Source: an uncultured Bacillales bacterium (GTDB taxonomy: Bacteria > Bacillota_I > Bacilli_A > RF39 > UBA660). From it: a stretch of 64,000 bases of DNA. The position numbers were made by a program, and so were the translations under genes. Numbering within the stretch: position 1 is the stretch's first letter; each line of letters opens with the position of its first letter. This document shows, piece after piece, positions 27,620-35,313 of the stretch. The notes beneath the pieces were generated by a model, which searched no databases, had not been told where the DNA came from, and was given only the letters and a program-made list of their open reading frames with translations. The stretch covers positions 8,316-72,315 of the forward strand of contig CAMODE010000041.1 of NCBI GenBank assembly GCA_946611235.1. The letters are read 5' to 3'.

Positions 27620-28051
27620 TTAATCTAAATCATATTTATCTAATTCATCTGCTAATTCAAGTTGGGCTTTAATTATATTTTTAATTCTATTTTTATAAAC
27701 AATAATATTTTTTCTAAGTAGTGATGCCTCATTTTCGGTCTTTTGAGCATTAACTAAAGCTTCATGAACAATCGAATTAGCATTATTTCTAGCTTCATCC
27801 ACAATAACTCTAGCTTCCTCTCTTGCCAAAGATTTAATCTTTTCGGAAGTACTTTGTGCAGCCATAATAGCCTCAGCCATTTTAGCCTCATTTATTTTTT
27901 CCTTCTTTAATTCTTCTTCAAGCGAAGAGATTTTCATCTGTAATAAAGAATTCTCATTATTTAATTTTTCTAATCTTTTAATTACAACATCAATAAACCT
28001 ATTTACTTCATCAACATTATAACCATTATTAGTTATCGTAAATCTCTTCAT
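27620..28051 (-). CDS. DivIVA domain-containing protein
   Basis: N-terminus FTITNNGYNVDEVNRFIDVVIKRLEKL followed by a coiled-coil. Confidence 0.8.
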   Translation of the reverse strand: MKRFTITNNGYNVDEVNRFIDVVIKRLEKLNNENSLLQMKISSLEEELKKEKINEAKMAEAIMAAQSTSEKIKSLAREEARVIVDEARNNANSIVHEALVNAQKTENEASLLRKNIIVYKNRIKNIIKAQLELADELDKYDLD

Positions 28052-28071
28052 AAGTCACCACTCTTATCTTT

Positions 28072-28461
28072 TTACCATTCTAAATCAATATCATTTTTCT
28101 TTTTGTTTTTTTCATCTTCTTCGGAAATTGTACCTTCTACATTAACATTTTTAGGAGTGCATAAAAATATGCCTCCTCCTATTTTTTGAAGATCTCCTCC
28201 TATTGCATATACTGTACCAGATAGAAAGTCAACAATTCTTTTAGCTTGATCAGGAGTTACCCTTTTCATATTAACTACAACAGTATTTCTTTTTTTTAGA
28301 TGATCTGCTATCTGCTGACTCTCAGAATAAGCACGGGGTTCTAATAAAATCATCTTACCATTACCTATTCCAGCTACTTTCTCAGCATCATAGTATTCAT
28401 CTTCATTAGCTTCATCCATTACTTCTTCTGTTACAAATTTTTTAAGTTTACTAAGTGCCAT
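28072..28461 (-). CDS. sepF: Cell division protein SepF
   Basis: Core region [30 protein letters not shown]...[15 protein letters not shown]. Confidence 0.88.
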   Translation of the reverse strand: MALSKLKKFVTEEVMDEANEDEYYDAEKVAGIGNGKMILLEPRAYSESQQIADHLKKRNTVVVNMKRVTPDQAKRIVDFLSGTVYAIGGDLQKIGGGIFLCTPKNVNVEGTISEEDEKNKKKNDIDLEW

Positions 28462-28523
28462 ATATATCTCTCCTATTCTTCTTTAATTTTAGCATAATTT
28501 TTATTTAAATACAATAGTTTTTC

Positions 28524-28922
28524 TTAACTTTTACAGTCTACAATATTTTCATTTTCATAATTATAACTAAATTCTTTAGTAGAACAATTATATGTTACTT
28601 CAAGTTCTGGAAATCTACTATCGATATTCTTATCAGATAAATTACCAAACTGTCTTAATATCTCTAATGATATTTCACTTTCATCAATTTTAACTACCGG
28701 AAAACCACTTACGTTACTATTACAATCAATATTTAGATTATATTTATTTTCTGCTACAAACATTTTAGCAGTACTAAGAATACTATCTTTAGTACTGAGA
28801 CATGATTTTTCTTTATTTTTATTTATTATTGTAATCACACTTGGTATTAAGGTAAGTAAAAGTACCCCAATTATTGCTATAACTAAAAGTGCTTCAACTA
28901 ATGTAAATCCTTTTTTACTCAT
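28524..28922 (-). CDS. Type IV pilin / pseudopilin (prepilin-type N-terminal cleavage/methylation domain)
   Basis: MSKKG/FTLVEALLVIAIIGVLLL has the class III signal with Glu5. Confidence 0.85.
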   Translation of the reverse strand: MSKKGFTLVEALLVIAIIGVLLLTLIPSVITIINKNKEKSCLSTKDSILSTAKMFVAENKYNLNIDCNSNVSGFPVVKIDESEISLEILRQFGNLSDKNIDSRFPELEVTYNCSTKEFSYNYENENIVDCKS

Positions 28923-28934
28923 TTATTCACCCTC

Positions 28935-29375
28935 TTAATCGAAATAAACATCACAAATAGAATCTGTAATAATATTTTCAAAAATTAAATCAACATTTCC
29001 CGAATGATTTTGATAATAATTCCCTCTTCCAGTATCAACTTCTATTGAAGGATTACAAGACATATGATTAAAATCTCTATTAATAGAAGATAACGTTATT
29101 TTTTCTGAATTACTTCCATCTAAAACATCAATACTTGATTCATTAACAAATGTCCCATCTTCATATTTTCGAATAATAACTGTATGCATATTCAAGGTAT
29201 CAGAAGAAAAATTCTTTTTTTCAAAATACTCATCTTCAATATCTTTAACCATATTATCTACTCTATTCTTTCTTGCAGATAAAACAAGTAAATAGGAACT
29301 AACAAGTACAACAAATAATATGAGGAGGCCATATAGTACAGCCGTTATAGCAAAACCTTTTTTATTTAGTTTCAT
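28935..29375 (-). CDS. Pilin-like protein lacking Glu5 (minor pseudopilin candidate)
   Basis: MKLNKKG/FAITAVLYGLLILFVVLV. Adjacent to and co-oriented with the pilin gene. Confidence 0.55.
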   Translation of the reverse strand: MKLNKKGFAITAVLYGLLILFVVLVSSYLLVLSARKNRVDNMVKDIEDEYFEKKNFSSDTLNMHTVIIRKYEDGTFVNESSIDVLDGSNSEKITLSSINRDFNHMSCNPSIEVDTGRGNYYQNHSGNVDLIFENIITDSICDVYFD

Positions 29376-29383
29376 ATTTCCTC

Positions 29384-30622
29384 CTAGTAAGTAATAACTT
29401 TTTTATCAGTACTATTTAATCTTTCACTATCAGACTCTTTAATAACAATTGTATCAATATTACCATCAGATATATACTTATTTTTCTCTAAATTTTTGAA
29501 AACCATTTCAATGTCAAATTCTTTACCATTATTATCATAAGCTCTACATCTTTTTAAAAATGTCATATCAAATTCTTTGTCAAATGGAGAAACTTCAGGT
29601 TCCCATCCTACTCTTAAAGCAGCCTTAGTATCATATGTCTTACCATTATAATTACTTTCTAGGACATATTTATAATTTTCGTGAGTTTTAACATAAGGGC
29701 TACCAAAAGGAAGTGCAATAATATTTACATACTCTCCTGGAATGATTTTCTCTAGTTCATCATATACATAAGCAATTTCCTTCTGAACCCGATCCCCGCT
29801 AGACTTCTTTATATCCAAATGAGTTTGGGTATGGTTGCCAACATCATATCCATTATCTATAAGAAAATGTAATATTTTTTCATTGTATTCAGTTTGATTA
29901 AAAATACCACCATTAACAAAAAATGTAGCAGTCGCTTTACTATCAGGATGTTTCTTTTTAAAAGATTCTAATATACCAACAGCACTATTTTCATCTATAA
30001 TAATATTACCATTATCATCTAACCCTGTTACTCTGATATTATCTTCATTACCATCATCAAAAGTAAGAATTATTGGACTTTTTCCATAATCAACATCAAC
30101 TATCCCATTAATATAATCATCTAATCTTATCATCTGATAACCCTTTTCATAATAGAACTCCAAGTCTTCTCTAAAAGCATCGGGAGTTCTATTATAGCCA
30201 TCTTTATCAACATTACCCCCAATAGTACCAGTACTACTACTAGTTCTTTCTCTAATACCATGATACATCATAATTGGAACTTTACCAAGTTCATTAATAT
30301 TATCACTAGCAAGTTTATCTTTATCAAGTTTTCCCAAAGAAACAATAATATCTAAAGTTAATCCATCAGTAATCTCTTCACCTTCCTTAATGCTTTGAGA
30401 AATAATTCCATCTTTTCCAATTTCATCATGATATTCATATTTAGTATTAATAGTCATTTTATATTTCTCTTTTAATATATTAGCTTCTTCGATAGTTCCT
30501 AGTTTAGGCATATATACTTTCTTATCAAAATCTATATTATTTAAAATAATAATAAAAATAATAATCGCAGGTACCAATAAAAATAATAAACATATCTTTC
30601 TATTAATATTTTTCTTACTCAT
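29384..30622 (-). CDS. Polysaccharide deacetylase (NodB homology) with N-terminal TM and PASTA-like domain
   Basis: Deacetylase motifs ILTFDDGNEDN and NHTQTH. N-terminal MPKLGTIEEANILK...GIISQSIKEGEEITDGLTLDIIVSLG resembles PASTA. Confidence 0.8.
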   Translation of the reverse strand: MSKKNINRKICLLFLLVPAIIIFIIILNNIDFDKKVYMPKLGTIEEANILKEKYKMTINTKYEYHDEIGKDGIISQSIKEGEEITDGLTLDIIVSLGKLDKDKLASDNINELGKVPIMMYHGIRERTSSSTGTIGGNVDKDGYNRTPDAFREDLEFYYEKGYQMIRLDDYINGIVDVDYGKSPIILTFDDGNEDNIRVTGLDDNGNIIIDENSAVGILESFKKKHPDSKATATFFVNGGIFNQTEYNEKILHFLIDNGYDVGNHTQTHLDIKKSSGDRVQKEIAYVYDELEKIIPGEYVNIIALPFGSPYVKTHENYKYVLESNYNGKTYDTKAALRVGWEPEVSPFDKEFDMTFLKRCRAYDNNGKEFDIEMVFKNLEKNKYISDGNIDTIVIKESDSERLNSTDKKVITY

Positions 30623-30705
30623 ATTTTACTCTCCTATCAAAATAATTATAAATAAGATATAATAAAAAATCAAGATTAACCTTGATTTTTTTTTAAAGAA
30701 AATAC

Positions 30706-30912
30706 TTATAAAGAAATCTCTCCAAGTCTAATAAGCTCCACAACAGCAGATGCTCTACCCTTAACCCCAAGTTTTTGCATTGTATTAGAAATATGATTTC
30801 TAACTGTTTTTTCACTAATACCAAGAACTTTTGCTATATCTTTTGTCGACTTATTATTTACTAAGAGATCAAATACTTCTTTTTCTCTTTTTGTTAAAAT
30901 CCCACTATTCAT
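30706..30912 (-). CDS. gerE: Sporulation transcription factor GerE (LuxR-type HTH)
   Basis: LTKREKEVFDLLVNNKSTKDIAKVLGISEKTVRNHISNTMQKLGVKGRASAVVELIRLGE is near-colinear with B. subtilis GerE (from memory). Confidence 0.88.
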   Translation of the reverse strand: MNSGILTKREKEVFDLLVNNKSTKDIAKVLGISEKTVRNHISNTMQKLGVKGRASAVVELIRLGEISL

Positions 30913-30996
30913 AAATACCTCACTTCCCTACTGGGTGAATTACGTTTTCATAATATTGTATTCGTTTTTCCACATTAAGTGAGGTTTTTTTAACCA

Positions 30997-31479
30997 TTAT
31001 TTGTTAAATTTAACTGAAATATACATTTTATTATCAAATTCATTTTGGACAAGTCTCATAATATTATTAGCAGTACTAGTGTTAGAATCTTCAGAATCAA
31101 GAACCACTCTGACATTGTCACCATCAATTTTTACAAAATTTTCGCAATTGCATAATTCTTTAATTTTATTTTCTAATGTTTCTTCTTTTGAAGAGGTCTT
31201 ATTTATCAATTTAAGTTCATCAAAAAGGTTATTCTTTTCATCAGAAGAAATATCTTTGCGTGTTAATTTGCTCTTTAAATCATCAATTTCTTTCATAACA
31301 TTAGCATCATCTTCAAGTTTCATGCTTGCTATTAGACTGACATCATCAATGACAATGTTATCCTCTTTTGCAACAGTACTAGAATCAAATACATCGCTTG
31401 GCATAGTAACATAATAAATAGATAATACAAGCACTAAACTAAATAAAGTTAAAAACCATAAATTTTTCTTGTTAATCAT
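30997..31479 (-). CDS. SpoIIIAH-like family protein
   Basis: N-terminus KKNLWFLTLFSLVLVLSIYYVTMP resembles SpoIIIAH (WLLTMLSLVVVLSVYY). 160 aa. Confidence 0.6.
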   Translation of the reverse strand: MINKKNLWFLTLFSLVLVLSIYYVTMPSDVFDSSTVAKEDNIVIDDVSLIASMKLEDDANVMKEIDDLKSKLTRKDISSDEKNNLFDELKLINKTSSKEETLENKIKELCNCENFVKIDGDNVRVVLDSEDSNTSTANNIMRLVQNEFDNKMYISVKFNK

Positions 31480-31534
31480 ATATATTCCTCTTTTCTAATT
31501 AAATATATTAAAAAAAAAAGAAAATAGAACAAAT

Positions 31535-31960
31535 CTATTCTCTTTCGAAATGAATTAGTGAATATAATTCATTACCATCTAAATTATATTTCATCGTTAG
31601 CCTATTCTCTTCTAAAATAATTTCTTCTTCTCCAGAAAGGTATAAATCATTATCTTCTATTACCATATTATTATTAGCAATAGAATATTTAACTTTTTTA
31701 CATATATCTTTATTATCCACTATATAACATATTTTTATTTGAGACTTAGAAATAACAACATATTTATCTTCAATAATTTCAACATATGAAGTAATAAGAC
31801 CATTATCAAAAACTTCTGAAGACTTGGCAACCCATTTTCCATAAATATAATTGTCACCATTACTATCTTTTCCAATTAATACAACTACAGCAACAAAAAT
31901 AATCAAAACTATTAAGGTAGCTACAATAGTAAATAATATTATTTTCTTTTTCTTATTCAT
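31535..31960 (-). CDS. Hypothetical membrane-anchored protein
   Basis: MNKKKKIILFTIVATLIVLIIFVAVVVLIG signal anchor. GGAG RBS before ATG at 31960. Immediately downstream of the giant pilin gene. Confidence 0.5.
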   Translation of the reverse strand: MNKKKKIILFTIVATLIVLIIFVAVVVLIGKDSNGDNYIYGKWVAKSSEVFDNGLITSYVEIIEDKYVVISKSQIKICYIVDNKDICKKVKYSIANNNMVIEDNDLYLSGEEEIILEENRLTMKYNLDGNELYSLIHFERE

Positions 31961-31977
31961 ATATAGCATCTCCAAAA

Positions 31978-34900
31978 TCAATTACACATTTCCCAATCGG
32001 AATTATTTTCACTCTTTTTATATTGACATTGTCCATTATAACATCTTCCTTGCTTATTACCAAAAACACATTGATTATCATTACTACATGCTCCACACTG
32101 ACCAACAGGTGAAGTACCTCCAGAACTAGAAGAGCAATTTGGTTTTGAAGAAACTAAATAGTCTCCACTTACATAACAGTTAGAACTAGCATTATAATAC
32201 CAATTTCCTGTATAAGACTTTACTAAGCCAGGCAAATAGGTTCCACATCCAAAATATGAAATAGTTGAATGACTGGTTGAAGGACCACTTCGACATTTTA
32301 TGCCACTAACAGCATTAACATAGCTTCCTACAGCAGTATTTGCGTAATATTTAAAATACTTTATATCATCAGCGCAATTACCAACATTATCACATATCGT
32401 GGCTTTATATTTTCGATATCCACCATTATCGACTAGATTATCAAAAACATAATTGTTTCCGCTAGAAACGCCACTCAAAGCATATCCGCCAGCAGTAGGA
32501 AATGCTTCATTTAAAGATTCAGAACTATGATTATTAAAAAAGTATCTACCAGTAGAATTTATTCCACTAAATTGATCTGAAGCAATCCATCTAAGTGTTG
32601 GTTTAAAAGTAAACCATTTCAAATCATCACTTGGAGCCGAACTATAATAAGTACTGCTAGCAACTGTATTTCCATTTAGCAATTGAAAACTAACGCTTGG
32701 AGGTACTTTATCTATTTTAAAGAACACTTCACTATCAGTACAATTTCCTACATTATCACATATATTAAATTTAACATAACGATATCCACTAGATGACATC
32801 TTAACACTAAATTTTCCATTTGAATCACCAGTTTTTGATGCTGTAGAATTAATATCGGTAGATAATGTGCTTAAACCCGTTTTATTATATGAAATATTAT
32901 CTTTTAAATTTATATTAATTCCACTTAAAGAGTCAATAGTATCCCATTCAAGATAAAGAGAATTATTAATCCACTTTAAATCATCTGATGAACTAAGTCC
33001 ATAGATATTACTATTTAAATTAACAATTTCACCATCCGATCCGTTTTTCCTAACATTAACAGTGAATGTTGGTTTGATAAAATCGAGCCTCAAAAACACA
33101 TTACTTTCCGCACAATTTCCAGCTTCATCACAAGTTTCAAACTTAACATGTCTATATCCACTTGAACTAACATCAATAGCAAATGGTTCTTTAATTTGAT
33201 CACCATTGTAAACAATTCGAGTTAATGGATTAGAATTTAAAGAATTTAAATTAATTTTATTGTAAGAAAAGGCCTGTTCTTTAATTCCACTTCCATTTTC
33301 CACCGAAGTCCATTCGAGTTTAGGGACATAATTAATCCATTTTGGTACCGAAGCTTGCATCAAACTATATTCATTGCTTGAAGGGGATACTACATTATTG
33401 TTATGCTTCATGCCAAATGAAATAGTAGGTTTTGTTTTATCTATTCTAATATATGTAGAACTTTCTTCCGAACAATTACCAGCATTATCACATGCTCTCA
33501 CATAAACTGGCTCATTTCTTTCCGCAGAAAAAGGAGTTGTTACAAAATCTTCAACAGAAGAATTAGCATATGTATGCCATGAATGGCCTTTGTAACGATA
33601 TTGATAATATGCAATTCCTGATAAATTATCTGCACTATGTAAAGTTAGGGAAAAACTATAATTAACCCACTCTTCATTAGAAGGATTATCAATAATTGGA
33701 GCACTAGGAGGAGTCGAATCTAATTTAGATATATATTGCGTTTCTCCACAATAAGTTGACCCAATTTTAGTTCTAGCAGTATAAGTATGTATTCCTTCAG
33801 CTGGAAAAATAGGATTACTATAAGTTTGATAGTCACCATCATCTATCTTATATTCATAACTTGGATTTCCAACATTTTCACTAGTTATTGTTAAAGTATG
33901 CCCACTATTATGCCATTTTTCAGAAGCAATTCCATCACTCGGAGTAATAATTGGTGATAAACAGCTACTACTTTCCCAATTAACAGAAAGCACCACAGTA
34001 CAATTATCCTCTTTAGCATTACAGAAAGAATCCGAATTATAATTATCTACCTGATTATATGTTTTACCAAGACATTCCCCAGAAATACATTTCCATACAC
34101 TTCCAGTAGAAACAGTAAACCCAGGATTAGTAATTTTCATATATTCCCCATTGTTATATTTAGGCAAATCTTTTTCTTCATTATATAAAATGCTAAAGAA
34201 ACTATCTGTATATGTGTTACCATTGTCTTTTGATCTAGAAATTATTCCATTACTAGAATTAATTTCCCATAAATACTTAGTTCCATCATCCGAAATTGTT
34301 GAACTTTTAATCGAAGCCCCTTCCCCAGCATTAAACTTAATAATAACCTTATATTTAGCCTTCCACATAGCATATAAAGTCACACTATCTGATGATGTTA
34401 AGTTATATACAGTATCTTTATTTTTATACGTTTTTCCAGATAAATCACTCTTAGTATTCCAACCTATAAACTTATAACCATCTTTACTAAATCCATTTTC
34501 ACTTAAAGTACAATTTTTACCTCTAACACATGTCGTACTAGGAGTGCTACCATCTACTCCATTTGTATTAGCATTATAATCAATTGTATAATTATCTACT
34601 TGCCACTGAGCATAAAGAGTAATTGTATCTTCACTATAAGAATTAATAGCGTCTCCTGCCAAATAATTCATACCACTCCCATCTGGTTCTGTATTCCAAG
34701 AAACAAAGCGATATCCTACTCTTTTAGGCTTCAAAGGGCTAACATATGTTACCATACAATTTTCTTCAGTACATATTTCAGCCATCTGATCAATTGGAAC
34801 ATTTTGATTATCACCATCTGAATTATATTCATAATGAATAGTAAAAAACTTAATATCACATAAATCTTTCAATTCAGTAGCATCATCTTCCAAAAAATCA

Positions 34901-35253
34901 ATACTATTAATTGTATATTTAGTTGCATCCCTAACAACAGTTATGATTAAAGAATCACCATATTTTTCACTAGTAGCTTCTTTTTTTAATAACCCAACAT
35001 TCTTAAGTCTTTGAATAGTAGTACAAAAATATTGACTATTATTAAGTTCTTTCCAATCATAACTATTAGCTTCACTAGAATATATTCTAGCAGCTTCCAT
35101 TATACTTGTTTCATTTAAAACAACCGTTTTTTCTTTGGCACTCTTATATGCATTAATAATACCATATCCAGATAATCCTAAAACTAAAGAAGTAACCACT
35201 ATTACTGCAAGTAATTCAACTAATGTAAAACCTTTCCTATTTAATTTCTTCAT
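31978..35253 (-). CDS. Giant modular type IV pilin-like surface protein (1091 aa)
   Basis: MKKLNRKG/FTLVELLAVIVV class III signal. Then 2 Listeria-Bacteroides (Flg_new) repeats (GYRFVSWNT...TLYAQW, GYKFIGWNT...TLYAMW) and 4-5 Ig-like modules ending CDxxGNC / IDKxxP. Ends with an SH3b-like segment and a 6-Cys tail. Confidence 0.85.
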   Translation of the reverse strand: MKKLNRKGFTLVELLAVIVVTSLVLGLSGYGIINAYKSAKEKTVVLNETSIMEAARIYSSEANSYDWKELNNSQYFCTTIQRLKNVGLLKKEATSEKYGDSLIITVVRDATKYTINSIDFLEDDATELKDLCDIKFFTIHYEYNSDGDNQNVPIDQMAEICTEENCMVTYVSPLKPKRVGYRFVSWNTEPDGSGMNYLAGDAINSYSEDTITLYAQWQVDNYTIDYNANTNGVDGSTPSTTCVRGKNCTLSENGFSKDGYKFIGWNTKSDLSGKTYKNKDTVYNLTSSDSVTLYAMWKAKYKVIIKFNAGEGASIKSSTISDDGTKYLWEINSSNGIISRSKDNGNTYTDSFFSILYNEEKDLPKYNNGEYMKITNPGFTVSTGSVWKCISGECLGKTYNQVDNYNSDSFCNAKEDNCTVVLSVNWESSSCLSPIITPSDGIASEKWHNSGHTLTITSENVGNPSYEYKIDDGDYQTYSNPIFPAEGIHTYTARTKIGSTYCGETQYISKLDSTPPSAPIIDNPSNEEWVNYSFSLTLHSADNLSGIAYYQYRYKGHSWHTYANSSVEDFVTTPFSAERNEPVYVRACDNAGNCSEESSTYIRIDKTKPTISFGMKHNNNVVSPSSNEYSLMQASVPKWINYVPKLEWTSVENGSGIKEQAFSYNKINLNSLNSNPLTRIVYNGDQIKEPFAIDVSSSGYRHVKFETCDEAGNCAESNVFLRLDFIKPTFTVNVRKNGSDGEIVNLNSNIYGLSSSDDLKWINNSLYLEWDTIDSLSGININLKDNISYNKTGLSTLSTDINSTASKTGDSNGKFSVKMSSSGYRYVKFNICDNVGNCTDSEVFFKIDKVPPSVSFQLLNGNTVASSTYYSSAPSDDLKWFTFKPTLRWIASDQFSGINSTGRYFFNNHSSESLNEAFPTAGGYALSGVSSGNNYVFDNLVDNGGYRKYKATICDNVGNCADDIKYFKYYANTAVGSYVNAVSGIKCRSGPSTSHSTISYFGCGTYLPGLVKSYTGNWYYNASSNCYVSGDYLVSSKPNCSSSSGGTSPVGQCGACSNDNQCVFGNKQGRCYNGQCQYKKSENNSDWEMCN

Positions 35254-35313
35254 CTTATCACCATCACTATTCTAATGAAATTATACAATAAAAAAAGAAA
35301 TAAAACAATAGTT

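Noticed and set aside
31001-31414. 137-aa plus-strand ORF antisense to the SpoIIIAH-like gene
   Set aside because: Ser/Leu-rich antisense translation. The minus-strand frame has the SpoIIIAH-type N-terminus and an RBS.
34151-34821. Two plus-strand ORFs (108 and 73 aa) inside the giant pilin gene
   Set aside because: Antisense to a 1091-codon open frame with recognisable domains.
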